Below, one piece after another: positions 1-13,006 of a stretch of DNA of 64,000 nt (positions are counted from its first letter, which is position 1; every line of letters starts with the position of its first letter). A program made the position numbers and the translations under genes. Where the stretch lies: IMG/VR virus record IMGVR_UViG_2579778842_000003; one strand, 5' to 3'. The notes under the pieces were generated by a model, which ran no database searches, was not told where the DNA came from, and saw only the letters and a list, made by a program, of their open reading frames with translations. This DNA is from a virus. Lineage: Duplodnaviria > Heunggongvirae > Uroviricota > Caudoviricetes.

Positions 1-2621
<2,621 letters not shown>

Positions 2622-2687
2622 TTAATTAGAATAATTCGCATCGTGTTTGAACGGAATTTAACACTAGTCACTTGTTAAGGATTACCA

Positions 2688-5600
2688 ATGAACAAGCTAT
2701 CTATTGGGGTGTTTCGCTGTTCAAGTGTCAGCGAAATATTGAAATACATTAGGGCAATAACATCTCACCGAGCGCCGATTAAATACGGCGTGGAAAAGGT
2801 GGAAGGCAAAAGCTATGACCGACTGCGCCGGGAGGCGAATCAGAAGGCGATAGATTTGCTTAATTCACTGGTGGACAGCGCGACACTGACAGATGAACAG
2901 CGCCAGATCCTGGCTGGGTACACCGGTGAAGGCGGCATTGGCGGGTCCGTCTCCGAATATTACACACCAAAGCCGATCGCTGAAGGTGTCTGGGAGATCA
3001 TGAAGCTCTACGGCGCGGACGTAGGTAACACTCTGGAACCATCGGCGGGCACCGGCGTTTTTAATGAGACAAAACCGGTTGGTACGGTGATGACTGCGAC
3101 TGAGATCAGCAGTGTTTCCGGTCGTATAAACCAGTTGTTACACCCGGAAGACAGCGTACAGATTTCCCCGTTCGAACAGCTGGCTATAAGCACACCTAAC
3201 GATTCATTCGACCATGTTGTGGGTAACGTTCCGTTCGGCGGTCGTGATAACACACGCAACATCGATAAGCCTTACGCAGAAGAAACGGACATGGGTTCTT
3301 ACTTCATGCTCCGCATGCTGGACAAGATAAAGCCAGGCGGATTCATGTGCGTGATTGTGCCGCCGTCCATTGTTTCAGGTTCAAACATGAAGCGGTTACG
3401 CCTGCGCCTATCACGGAAAGCAGAATTTCTTGGTGCCCACCGCTTGCCTACCGGTACTTTTGACGCAAACGGGACCAGTACGGTCGTAGATGTGGTGCTG
3501 ATGCGCAAACATCCGGCAGAGATGGCTGAGAAAATCCCCCTGGTGGATGAAAGCACTCTTGAATCAGCAAATGTGCTTTGGCCAACGTTTATTTCTGGCA
3601 AGTGGTTTGAAAAGGATGGCCGCCGGTTTGTTCATGGCACCCAAGAAAAGGGCTTCCGGGGGCGTATTGAGGTTCGTGCCGACGGTCAGATTGATAACCA
3701 GGCTCTTAAAGCGAAGCTGATTCATCGTTTCGAAAGCCGTATCGACTGGTCTTTGCTCGATATGGCTGAACCGTCACCGACCGCAGACGTTGTTGGTGAA
3801 GGGGAAATGCGCCTGATTAATGGCGTATGGCAAAAATATGCTGGTGGTCGCTGGATTGAAGCTGATGCCGGGAAGGAACTTAAGATCGATGCTGCCAGTT
3901 ATGGCGCGGATAGCTGGGAGGCTCTTCAGCGTAACCTGACTACAACAGAAGGCCGTCTCGGTATGACATTTACCCAGATGGCAAATGTCCGCGATAAGTA
4001 CACCACATCAATCAGCGACGATATGGTGCAGCTGGTGGACTGGATTAACAGCCAGCCTGAAAAATACCGTGAACGCTTGTATCGCGGGGCGATGATTGGC
4101 CGGATGTTAATTGAATATCAGGATATGAAGGCCGCCGGGCATAGTGCTGAACAAATCGAACAGCAGCGCCTTTCTCTGGTATCCCGTTTGCAGGCAGAGA
4201 TTGACCGTTTTGGTAACCCCGGTCGCGGTCCGATAGCGAAATTATCGGGGAGCGGTGCGCGCGCCTGGTTTGCTTTCCGTGGTGCAATTAAGCTGGATGG
4301 CACTATTTCTGACGAGCTGACAGGAAAACTGGTTACGCATGATTCCAGCGCCAGTTATGACTCCACCAGCTATCAGGACACCCTGCGTTATCTCTACAGT
4401 GATCTCACTCGCGATCCAATCCAGCTCGATGATTTCCGCCTTGCGTTTACCGGCGAACTGCCAGCCAGTGATGATGAGTTGCTTAATTTATTGGCCAGCA
4501 CCCCTGGCATTGCGGTTTCACCGTATGGCGGGATTGTTCCGTTCGCCCGCGCCACCAGCGGCGACATTAACGAGATAGTGGCTCCAAAACAGGAATTCCT
4601 CGCCACGCTCCCCGACGGTCCAGTAAAGAACAACGTCCTTAATCAGCTGGCAGCGATCGAAGAGAAGCGCATCAAGACGCCAGCAGAGAATATCCGCTTT
4701 AAGCTCAATAGCCGTTGGTTCGACCGTTCCGTCATTCTGGAGTTTTTGCAGGAAAACGGCTATCCGGATCTGCGCTATGTGCAGTCAGTGCAGCTGGAAG
4801 GCGACGAAATGGTTTCTGACACCTATCACGGTGGTGATGGCCTGTTCGTCGGGCACCGATACGGTGTCGTCCAGCGCAAGGATAAAGAAACAGGCGAGAT
4901 CCGCTACGAGTGGGACCGTAAATCAGGAGAAAACGCGACCGGGTTCCCGGCACAGCTGGAAAAGTATCTCAATGGTGCGCGTATCGGTGGCAAAGATAGC
5001 GCGACGGCGAACGGCTATCGTGAGCAGATGGCACTGCTTGAGGACCAGTTCAATAAGTGGATCAAGACGCACGATCGCTACGATGAGCTGGTTGCCAAAT
5101 ACAACGATGTGTTCAATAGCAATATCCCGTATGAACACTCTGGCGATCCGCTTGGGTTGAAGGGATTAAGCGGTAAGCGCCAGCCATTTGATTACCAGAA
5201 TAGCGAGGTGCGCCGACTGTCCGAAGATGGGCGCGGCATCCTGGGCTTCGGTACCGGGCTGGGTAAAACCACGACCGCGCTGGCGCTTGAGACGTTCAAC
5301 TATGAGAACGGTCGCTCCACCCGTACTGCTTATGTAGTGCCTAAATCAGTGCTGGAAAACTGGTATTACGAAGCAAAAGAATTCCTGAGTGAAGAGGCAT
5401 TCAGTAACTACCTGTTCGTCGGTCTTGATGTGCTGATGGATGGCGATCAGATTCGCCAGGTGCCGGTGCTCGATGAGAACGGTAAACCTGTTCTTGGTAC
5501 TGATGGCACTCCAGTTATGCGCGATGCTCTTAAGCTGGCAGATGAAGCCACTATCACAGCGCGGATGAACGCGATCCCGCACTCAAACTACCGTGCAGTC

Positions 5601-8600
5601 GTGTTTACCAAAGAACAATACGCCCGCATTCCGCTACGTGATGACACCGTAGATGAGCATGCACAAGACATGCTTTATGACTTCGTTGCCGCCGGGCGCG
5701 TAGCCAGCGCAATGGATTCCGACTCCCATCGTAAAGAGGCGGCGCGTCGCTGGGTATTGTCGGAGTATTCAGATACCGGTACCGAAAAAGCAGAGAAGTA
5801 TCCGTACTTTGAGGATATGGGCTTCGATAGTGTGATCGCCGACGAAGGTCACAACTACCGCAATAGCTATAAAAATGGTCGCGAAGCGTCACAACTGGCC
5901 TATCTGCCCACCAGCGCGGTGGCGCAATCGGCGCGGGATATGGCAATCAAAAACGCGTACCTGATGAAAAAGAATGGCGGGCGCGGGCCGGTTCTCCTGA
6001 CTGCAACGCCAGTCGTTAACACCCCGATCGATGCATACAACATGCTTTCTCATGTTCTGCCGAAGGAATACTGGCAGAAGATGGGGATCTACGGTCCTGA
6101 TGACTTCGTTAAATTCTTCGGCAAGACCAGGCTGGAAACGGTACAGAAAATCAGCGGTGAAGTTGAAGAAAAAATGGCGCTGGTGGGCTTTGAAAACCTT
6201 GATGCGCTGCGCGGTATATTCCATCGCTGGGTAACGCTTAAAACGGCGGAAGACGTTAAGGATACCGTGGAGATCCCGGAACTGGACGAACACCAGCAGG
6301 ATGCACCACTTACTGAAGAACAACTGGCGGCGTATGAAGAATTGCGTCAGCAGGCGGAAGCGGCGGCCAAAGCCAACAATGGTGTAACGACCTCGGTCAA
6401 TGAAGACGGCGTGATTGAGCACGAGAAAGCCCGTCCGATCTTCTCAATAATCAGGGATATGGACCGCGTATGTACTGACATGGACCTGTACTATCGCCGG
6501 ATCACCTATCGTTTCCTGCCGGAGTACGCCGATGCGGTGCAGCAGCTGGCGGACAGTTTGCCTAAACAAGCCACCAGCGAAGACGACGACAGTGATGATT
6601 CAATCACGCAGCAATCGCAATACTCCCTGATAGATAAGGGCGAGTTTATTCAGTTGCAGGTTCCGGAAGCGTTCGAGCAGGAAGTGAATAAGCGCCTGGC
6701 CAGGTTTGGCATTGACGAACAGACCGTAACTCACCCCGTTACGCCGAAATACGCGAAGCTGATCGCCACGCTGAAGGAGTTTTTCCCGGAAGGGAAGCAA
6801 ATCATCTTCACCGACGAAAAAACGCAGCACCAGAAGCTCAAGCGCATTATCTGCAATGCTCTTAACCTTGAACCTTCAAAGGTAGGGATCCTGAATGCTC
6901 AGACTGTTGCCGAGGCAGGTAAAACCGGTAAGAAACTGAAAGCGGTTAAACCGCCGAAAGAGTTACCGGATGAACCAACAGATGCACAGATAGCGAAATA
7001 CAACGAGCAAATGGCTCTGTATGACGCCTATATCGCGCAGCAAAATGAAATGTCGTTGGGCGGTCTGGAAAAGATTGCAGCCGACTTCCAGGAGGGCCGG
7101 ACTCCGATCATCATCTGCAACAAAAAGGCAGAGGTGGGTATCAACCTGCATCGAGGAACGACTGACATCCATCATCTGACGTTGCCATGGACACCAGCCA
7201 GTATCGCACAGCGTAACGGTCGCGGTGCTCGAGTTGGCTCCAACCGTGCAAGCGTTCGCGTTCACTACTACTGCGGCAAGGGGTCTTTCGATGAATACCG
7301 ATTGAAGACGCTGAAGCGTAAAGCAGGCTGGATCTCCGATATCCTCCGTTCAGATAAGTCGGAAATGGAGAACGCCGACGCCAATGACATGATCGAAATG
7401 CAGATGTATACCGCGAAGGATGACGGCGAACGTCTGGCAATGATGCAGGTTCAAATGGATAAGGCGAAAGCTGCGAAACGCGCTCGCCAGAAAGAACAGG
7501 CTACTATCGACCTTCAGAATTACATCAAGGCGCAGCACGCAGCTGGCGAGGATGTGGAGGTACTTACCGCTGAATTAGAGCGAAGCAAAGCGGAACTTGA
7601 AAAGACCACCGCCGAGGTAGCTAAATTCAAACAGGCGGTAATGGCCAAAGCAGCTGATAACGCAGACTGGAAAGCCCGCTGGGGTAGCGTCCATCACACA
7701 GACCGTACGTTGTTAGCACAGTATCGCGCGTCGTTGAAAAGCGCCATTCAGCGCAAGGCTAATATCTCTCAGGCCATCTCCCGCTATGAGAAATTATTGA
7801 ACCGTACTCAGAAGGCCGCGACGGATATCAAACGCCTGCGCCCGCTGGTGGAGGATGCAATAAATAAAGGCATTCTGGATGTTGATCCTGATCTGGTTAA
7901 CCATGCGAATGAGTTCCTTGTTATCGGCGATCGCTCATGGCGTGTAGGCCAATACTACGATTGTGCCGGTGATATCGTTCGCATTAAGTCGCTGGACTTC
8001 GACAGCCAGCGCGCAGACGTGGAGATCATCTTTACCTTAAGAGGCACCAAATCGGGTAACTGGGATGTGAAGACGCTGGATAAACAGGTGGATGTAACTC
8101 CCGATGAAGATGCTGTTATGCAGAAAATCAGTGGTGGCGTCTCCATCGCCGGGATTAACGACATCATTTCCTGTGACGATTTCTACCGTTTCCAGCAGCG
8201 CGGCATGATCAAAATCACTGACTCGTACGGCGTTCAGACTACAGAGTCAGGCTATAGCATTGATTTTGTTGGTACCTATACGGACCCACTGAAGCATGCG
8301 GTTTACCCGGATCGCCGTGACGGCGCGCTGAAGTCGTCAATTGCAAAATGGGTGCTTGGTATGATGTCGGAAGGGAATAACCGCCAGATCCGTTCGGCAG
8401 AAACATTCCTGGTTGAATTGTTTGGCTCCAATTATGGCGATGTAATCGCGTCATACGGAGATACGCTATCCCCTGAAGCAATTCAGGAGAAAATAGCGGA
8501 TGCGATCGCCAGAATGCCGGAAAAAACAAGCCAGGGGTCTACTCGTAACGGGGATTCTGAACTTGAAGTCACCAATGCCATTTTCGGTACCAATGAGTTC

Positions 8601-9455
8601 CGGGCGTCAGATTATGAGATCACCACAGCACAGTTTGGCACCATTGGCATTTACAGCAATAAAGACGAGATCAAGCAGGCAATGGACGCAGCAAGTGCGC
8701 GCATTGCAGCAGAACGGAAAGCCAATCTGAATCATGCAGTCGCCGCGCTGACTCAATCGTGGGTAACAGCAATCAGGGAGGCCGCCACCACAGGAAAAAT
8801 CACACCGGCAATTGCGGATGTCGTAAACGACGGCTCTAAATTTATGGATGCCTATAAAATGGATGCGGTGCAGTTGCCATCAGTCTATGGCCAACTCAGC
8901 TATCGCATGACCTACAACCTGGTATCAATGTTTACTGACCTTGCCATCCTTGGGCTGGTGGACCTTAACGAGGTTACGCCGGAATTACTCAGCATGCGCA
9001 AGAATCATGTTGAGATATTGCAGAGAATTAACACGGTTCTTGCCGGGCGCACCGATGAAGAGAAACAGGCCGACGCTGATCGGATAAACCTGGCCCTAGG
9101 CAACATCACGGAGGAAGAAATTGCCGCCAGAAACGAGAAACAAGAAGAGTTATCATCAATACAGGGTGATGCCACCAGCATAGCTCAGTCTCTTGGGCTG
9201 AATTATCGCGTATCCACCGCCGACCTGAAGATGATGTACGCACCAAAATTCGCCGCTGGCGAGGTATTTGGGCTTCAGGAAGCCTCCGGCATGAAAGGGG
9301 TTCTTTTCCGTGCGAAAGACGCAATCAAGGCGAAATTCGGCGCTCGCTGGTTGCCAGCGAAGGCGAAGAACAGCGATTTCCCGGGTAACTGGTGGATTAT
9401 CGAGACAAAACACAACGTGGCGGACGTTCTGGCCGTCATCCAACAATACGCATAA
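2688..9455 (+). CDS. darB: DarB antirestriction protein, methyltransferase-helicase fusion, 2255 aa
   Basis: 2255 aa as recalled for P1 DarB; N-terminal adenine-MTase-like motif VGNVPFGG, Walker A GFGTGLGKT, DExH box DEGHNYRN; followed by ulx-lxc. Confidence 0.85.
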   Translation: MNKLSIGVFRCSSVSEILKYIRAITSHRAPIKYGVEKVEGKSYDRLRREANQKAIDLLNSLVDSATLTDEQRQILAGYTGEGGIGGSVSEYYTPKPIAEGVWEIMKLYGADVGNTLEPSAGTGVFNETKPVGTVMTATEISSVSGRINQLLHPEDSVQISPFEQLAISTPNDSFDHVVGNVPFGGRDNTRNIDKPYAEETDMGSYFMLRMLDKIKPGGFMCVIVPPSIVSGSNMKRLRLRLSRKAEFLGAHRLPTGTFDANGTSTVVDVVLMRKHPAEMAEKIPLVDESTLESANVLWPTFISGKWFEKDGRRFVHGTQEKGFRGRIEVRADGQIDNQALKAKLIHRFESRIDWSLLDMAEPSPTADVVGEGEMRLINGVWQKYAGGRWIEADAGKELKIDAASYGADSWEALQRNLTTTEGRLGMTFTQMANVRDKYTTSISDDMVQLVDWINSQPEKYRERLYRGAMIGRMLIEYQDMKAAGHSAEQIEQQRLSLVSRLQAEIDRFGNPGRGPIAKLSGSGARAWFAFRGAIKLDGTISDELTGKLVTHDSSASYDSTSYQDTLRYLYSDLTRDPIQLDDFRLAFTGELPASDDELLNLLASTPGIAVSPYGGIVPFARATSGDINEIVAPKQEFLATLPDGPVKNNVLNQLAAIEEKRIKTPAENIRFKLNSRWFDRSVILEFLQENGYPDLRYVQSVQLEGDEMVSDTYHGGDGLFVGHRYGVVQRKDKETGEIRYEWDRKSGENATGFPAQLEKYLNGARIGGKDSATANGYREQMALLEDQFNKWIKTHDRYDELVAKYNDVFNSNIPYEHSGDPLGLKGLSGKRQPFDYQNSEVRRLSEDGRGILGFGTGLGKTTTALALETFNYENGRSTRTAYVVPKSVLENWYYEAKEFLSEEAFSNYLFVGLDVLMDGDQIRQVPVLDENGKPVLGTDGTPVMRDALKLADEATITARMNAIPHSNYRAVVFTKEQYARIPLRDDTVDEHAQDMLYDFVAAGRVASAMDSDSHRKEAARRWVLSEYSDTGTEKAEKYPYFEDMGFDSVIADEGHNYRNSYKNGREASQLAYLPTSAVAQSARDMAIKNAYLMKKNGGRGPVLLTATPVVNTPIDAYNMLSHVLPKEYWQKMGIYGPDDFVKFFGKTRLETVQKISGEVEEKMALVGFENLDALRGIFHRWVTLKTAEDVKDTVEIPELDEHQQDAPLTEEQLAAYEELRQQAEAAAKANNGVTTSVNEDGVIEHEKARPIFSIIRDMDRVCTDMDLYYRRITYRFLPEYADAVQQLADSLPKQATSEDDDSDDSITQQSQYSLIDKGEFIQLQVPEAFEQEVNKRLARFGIDEQTVTHPVTPKYAKLIATLKEFFPEGKQIIFTDEKTQHQKLKRIICNALNLEPSKVGILNAQTVAEAGKTGKKLKAVKPPKELPDEPTDAQIAKYNEQMALYDAYIAQQNEMSLGGLEKIAADFQEGRTPIIICNKKAEVGINLHRGTTDIHHLTLPWTPASIAQRNGRGARVGSNRASVRVHYYCGKGSFDEYRLKTLKRKAGWISDILRSDKSEMENADANDMIEMQMYTAKDDGERLAMMQVQMDKAKAAKRARQKEQATIDLQNYIKAQHAAGEDVEVLTAELERSKAELEKTTAEVAKFKQAVMAKAADNADWKARWGSVHHTDRTLLAQYRASLKSAIQRKANISQAISRYEKLLNRTQKAATDIKRLRPLVEDAINKGILDVDPDLVNHANEFLVIGDRSWRVGQYYDCAGDIVRIKSLDFDSQRADVEIIFTLRGTKSGNWDVKTLDKQVDVTPDEDAVMQKISGGVSIAGINDIISCDDFYRFQQRGMIKITDSYGVQTTESGYSIDFVGTYTDPLKHAVYPDRRDGALKSSIAKWVLGMMSEGNNRQIRSAETFLVELFGSNYGDVIASYGDTLSPEAIQEKIADAIARMPEKTSQGSTRNGDSELEVTNAIFGTNEFRASDYEITTAQFGTIGIYSNKDEIKQAMDAASARIAAERKANLNHAVAALTQSWVTAIREAATTGKITPAIADVVNDGSKFMDAYKMDAVQLPSVYGQLSYRMTYNLVSMFTDLAILGLVDLNEVTPELLSMRKNHVEILQRINTVLAGRTDEEKQADADRINLALGNITEEEIAARNEKQEELSSIQGDATSIAQSLGLNYRVSTADLKMMYAPKFAAGEVFGLQEASGMKGVLFRAKDAIKAKFGARWLPAKAKNSDFPGNWWIIETKHNVADVLAVIQQYA

Positions 9456-9488
9456 CAGGAGCGCCCGGTTCGCCGGGCGTCGCATAAT

Positions 9489-9929
9489 ATGGCCACATTA
9501 TCTGATACAATAAAACCGAATAAAACATATCTTGAGGCGGTGCTGCGTACGGCGTTGTTAGGAAAGACAGAAGACGAATACGTTGATTTCTTCCTGTCAG
9601 GGCTACGCGGGCGATTACTGAAAAATCCCCGCCTGTACCGCAGTTATGGCCCATACTGGCCGGAAATTAAAAAATTATTACTGGAGCGCGGTTATGGTAA
9701 TTTCGGTCGTCTCGTTGACCGTGACGTTCGCAAAATTTACCGTTATGACCGCCCGGCGCTGACACTCATAGCCGCGACGCTCTACAGCCAGGAGCGTTTT
9801 GATAATGGTCAGATATACTCAGCCTGGCATTTACTGCCAGTGCCTGAAGAAGTTGACGACCAGGACTATGAGTTTGAGTCTTACGATTTGGAAGTTGAAG
9901 CCTTGGCACAGGCTGGAGAGAAAACTTGA
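9489..9929 (+). CDS. ulx: Ulx-like protein, 146 aa
   Basis: ORF between darB and lxc, stop overlaps lxc start; synteny only. Confidence 0.45.
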   Translation: MATLSDTIKPNKTYLEAVLRTALLGKTEDEYVDFFLSGLRGRLLKNPRLYRSYGPYWPEIKKLLLERGYGNFGRLVDRDVRKIYRYDRPALTLIAATLYSQERFDNGQIYSAWHLLPVPEEVDDQDYEFESYDLEVEALAQAGEKT

Positions 9930-10174
9930 AAAAGCGATACTACACAGTAAAGCATGGGACGCTACGAGCATTACAAGAGTTTGCTGACAAGCATAACGTT
10001 GAGGTGCGCAGGGAAGGGGGAAGTAAAGCTCTGCGTATGTACCGTCCGGATGGGAAATGGCGTACGGTCGTCGATTTCAAAACTAACAGCGTTCCCCAGG
10101 GCGTCCGTGACCGGGCATTCGAAGAATGGGAGCAGATCATCATAGATAACGCATTGCTCCTGAATGCTGATTAA
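9926..10174 (+). CDS. lxc: Lxc/Bof C1 co-repressor, 82 aa
   Basis: 82-aa ORF at the expected position, length as recalled for P1 Bof; followed by strong terminator. Confidence 0.6.
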   Translation: MKKRYYTVKHGTLRALQEFADKHNVEVRREGGSKALRMYRPDGKWRTVVDFKTNSVPQGVRDRAFEEWEQIIIDNALLLNAD

Positions 10175-10210
10175 TTTATCGGGCAGTTTTATCTGCCCGA
10201 TAAATTTTTA
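10175..10210. terminator. Bidirectional intrinsic terminator between lxc and the convergent SIR2-like gene
   Basis: Perfect 12-bp inverted repeat TTTATCGGGCAG / CTGCCCGATAAA with 6-nt loop, followed by TTTTTA. Confidence 0.6.
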
Positions 10211-10220
10211 TCGACCACAA

Positions 10221-11528
10221 TTACACTATATTCTTAACTATAAGGTTGGCGTCCTTCAAGGTGCCTAATGTTTCAATGTGGTTTTTTATCATTAATCTAT
10301 TTGAGGCAATTATTGCAGGCCATCGTGTTTCCCAAGCTCTGTAAGCATACCAAGAAACTCCCCAATTCCTTTCTTTACTCATATGACCCATCGAGTATTC
10401 AACTGCGTCTAAATATGTTTTTTCATACTTAGTATTGCTAACCTCTATGATGCTTCCAAAATATATAAGCCATTTTGCCAACTGTTCATATTGCTCCCAC
10501 GCTCCGTTATTCCTTGTTAACTTTCTCTTTTTTTCTATTATCCTTTCGAAAAGAGAAACGACTTTATCATCATTCCAATCTAAACCTTCCGATATAATTG
10601 ATGATATAATTTGATAAAATGAATCCTCTAATTTAAGATATTCATTTTTATAAGTATAAGCCCCCGAAACAACTTTTCTGATATTTTCGCGCGCTCTTTC
10701 AATGATGTCTTTAATGAGAGACATCTTATAACTTAATCGACTAAAGAAACAATCTATTTCTGTATTGTCAATTACCCTTATACCAAAGCAATAGAAGTAA
10801 TAATCCTTCATATCTTGACTTACTTTGTTGCGAGATATCAAAAAGATATTAGAGCACAGGGCATTATTTTTCGAAAATTTTTTATAGTCATTTATAATTG
10901 CTTTAAGATTTGTGTCGCTTAAAGAATACCCTAATATCGCAACTGTATTTTCATGCAGCATCGTACTAAGTTTTCGTGAAAAATAAGTATCGGAATTTAT
11001 AAATCTGAAGTAATCATCTGAAGTGACAATCATATTTTTTGGCGAATCAATAGAGCCATGAACATGATATATTTTCACCTTGGATGGATACTTTGGAATT
11101 GGCAGGCCGGGCGTGATAGACTGTACACTTTCATCTCCAACCAAGCATTCAGCCAACTTGTCATAATTTGTTGTAATGACACGGAATGAGTTTTTTTGGA
11201 AAAAATCTTTTATATTTGATATGTCTTCTCCAAGTTGAATTGGAGATATGATGTCAACAATTTCATCATAAATCGACTTACCCTCAATATTGAGCTTCAA
11301 AGATAGTATTTGTGCGGCTTCTTCAAGACTCAGTGCTGGTGGTTTATCATCAGGGAATAACGTGTCTTCCAACTTTTTGGCATTGTGAACTTTGCTGCAA
11401 ACTTTTTTTAATAGTTCCTTCCACGTTGGAGCTTCACCGTTCGAGACTGCCTTTGAAAAGCCAGTCCCGGTAAATAGACAAAGCCTGCTTGTAGCGGCAG
11501 CGTATGCTAACTCAACATATTCGCTCAT
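10221..11528 (-). CDS. SIR2-family (SIR2_2/ThsA-type) NAD-binding domain protein with uncharacterised C-terminal region, 435 aa
   Basis: Motifs in order: LFTGTGFS (GAGxS-like), PTWKELL, ITTNYDKLAE, YHVHGS (catalytic HG), ILGYSLSD; visibly AT-rich versus flanks; GGAG SD 8 nt before ATG. Confidence 0.7.
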   Translation of the reverse strand: MSEYVELAYAAATSRLCLFTGTGFSKAVSNGEAPTWKELLKKVCSKVHNAKKLEDTLFPDDKPPALSLEEAAQILSLKLNIEGKSIYDEIVDIISPIQLGEDISNIKDFFQKNSFRVITTNYDKLAECLVGDESVQSITPGLPIPKYPSKVKIYHVHGSIDSPKNMIVTSDDYFRFINSDTYFSRKLSTMLHENTVAILGYSLSDTNLKAIINDYKKFSKNNALCSNIFLISRNKVSQDMKDYYFYCFGIRVIDNTEIDCFFSRLSYKMSLIKDIIERARENIRKVVSGAYTYKNEYLKLEDSFYQIISSIISEGLDWNDDKVVSLFERIIEKKRKLTRNNGAWEQYEQLAKWLIYFGSIIEVSNTKYEKTYLDAVEYSMGHMSKERNWGVSWYAYRAWETRWPAIIASNRLMIKNHIETLGTLKDANLIVKNIV

Positions 11529-11584
11529 TACTTACTCCATTTACTTATAGTTCTATGGAGAAGTATACCCTAATGCATTGACGT

Positions 11585-12253
11585 TTATAGATAATTTCCT
11601 TTTCCAGTTAACTCCCCTTTAGGCACCCGTTTTTGTGCCAGTGTTTGGGTTCCGCGAATTATGTTAATCAGAGGGCTTAGTAACGATGATTCCTGGCGGG
11701 CATCAACTTCTCCTGCCATTGCCCTAATGTAGTCGGCGCTTGCAACGTTGTTATATTCCGTTGCGAAGCAGCATAACAACGTCAGAACGTGCTCTGTCGT
11801 TATTTCGCTCCAGTTGATGTTGAAAAATTCATCGCCTTTTTTGTCATGTTCGGAATCGAAGATGCTTTGGTGAAGGATGTATTTGCCGGATTCCTTGCGC
11901 GGTAACTTGATCGCTTTCTGGCGTTCCAATTCCTTGTAAATCTGCATCGCTTCAATCAGTACCGGTCTGCCGTTCATGAAGGGATCACGCAACCTTACAC
12001 GCTGGCCAACTCGACCGGTAATAAAGCTGTTTTCCTCTTCCACCAGCACGATAAAACCCTTTTCCTCTTTTTCTCGCAATTCGCGCAGCAGCTGGAGTTC
12101 CATATCGCGGCGGCGTTCAGGGTAGCTGGTCCGCTCAGCCATTATCAGCTCATTGTTGATCCATGCGGCAGTCATTGACGCCGGTTTGCCGACGCTCATC
12201 GAAACAACGCATATTTTCTTATCCATAGCGCCCCTACAAAAAAGAAAAGCCAC
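11585..12253 (-). CDS. Mat-like protein (position of P1 mat), 222 aa; true start may be internal Met
   Basis: ORF between ref and the cargo slot; synteny only. Confidence 0.35.
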   Translation of the reverse strand: MAFLFCRGAMDKKICVVSMSVGKPASMTAAWINNELIMAERTSYPERRRDMELQLLRELREKEEKGFIVLVEEENSFITGRVGQRVRLRDPFMNGRPVLIEAMQIYKELERQKAIKLPRKESGKYILHQSIFDSEHDKKGDEFFNINWSEITTEHVLTLLCCFATEYNNVASADYIRAMAGEVDARQESSLLSPLINIIRGTQTLAQKRVPKGELTGKGNYL

Positions 12254-12414
12254 CAGCGGCGGCTTAGCAATACAACTGAAGGTAGCGCCCGGTACTCAGA
12301 CTGTGCCGTCCATGGAATATTTGAAAAGGGATCCATCCGTACCGGGCGTGTGATGATTCTGACTGAAGTCACTTGTCAGTTGTCAATCATTTATCATTAA
12401 AAATAATATATTTA

Positions 12415-12975
12415 TTAGTGCATAATGTTTGTCATCTCATAGGCGTCAGCCAGTAACTCCATCTCTGACTTGTTCAGCAGGGTGAATTCTTTCTTGCCTC
12501 CAACCACACCATCGGCATGAACAGGGACCAGCCAGGGGTATTTTGCTCTTACTTCAGTCGGTGCTGCATGCTGGTGGTGCCATCTACAAAGTGGCAATTG
12601 CTTTTTATGACAACCCGGCGCAGTACGACCGGCGATATGGTGCAGAGACACCTCATTAGATATTACTCCATGCATATAGCAGGCAATGCAGGGGAGAGTG
12701 CCAAGAGCATTGGCGATGCGCCGTTCCTCCGCCGTTGGTGTTCTCCCCTTCAAGCCACGAGATTTTATTTTTACCGCGCTTTTCCGCGTTTTGCTGGCTG
12801 GTGGGCGCTCTTTCTGTTTAGCGATACGGCGGTCGATAGTATCCCGCATTTTCTGATATTGAGATTCTCGCCAGACCGGATCAGCCAACTTCTCCCGTTG
12901 CCGAGCGATCGCTCGTTCTCTGGCTGCCTTCTGCCACTTGCGGCACTGTTCAATTTTTTGTTCGATTGTTTTCAT
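12415..12975 (-). CDS. ref: Ref recombination enhancement function, HNH-type endonuclease, 186 aa
   Basis: 186 aa as recalled for P1 Ref; Cys/His-rich HNH-like segment CIACYMHG...HHIAG...CRWHHQH; downstream of cre. Confidence 0.75.
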   Translation of the reverse strand: MKTIEQKIEQCRKWQKAARERAIARQREKLADPVWRESQYQKMRDTIDRRIAKQKERPPASKTRKSAVKIKSRGLKGRTPTAEERRIANALGTLPCIACYMHGVISNEVSLHHIAGRTAPGCHKKQLPLCRWHHQHAAPTEVRAKYPWLVPVHADGVVGGKKEFTLLNKSEMELLADAYEMTNIMH

Positions 12976-12981
12976 ATGGTC

Positions 12982-13006
12982 AAAAAAAGGCGGCCTAATG
13001 GCCGCC
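12982..13006 (-). terminator. Terminator-like hairpin plus T7 run ending 6 nt upstream of the ref start codon
   Basis: Minus strand reads GGCGGCC-ATTA-GGCCGCC then TTTTTTT then GACC-ATG. Confidence 0.45.

Noticed and set aside
3008-7538. Many minus-strand track ORFs inside darB (for example 3008..3262, 5889..6422, 7141..7440)
   Set aside because: Fully embedded antisense to a 2255-aa gene with continuous motif content; no independent SD or start signals; treated as spurious.
9456-9488. GC-rich hairpin between darB and ulx as a terminator
   Set aside because: Stem CGCCCGG/CCGGGCG is present but there is no T-run and ulx starts 10 nt later; more likely an intercistronic structure than a terminator.
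12395-12411. C1 operator-like site between ref and mat
   Set aside because: Only 13 of 17 matches to the recalled consensus; not listed as a feature.
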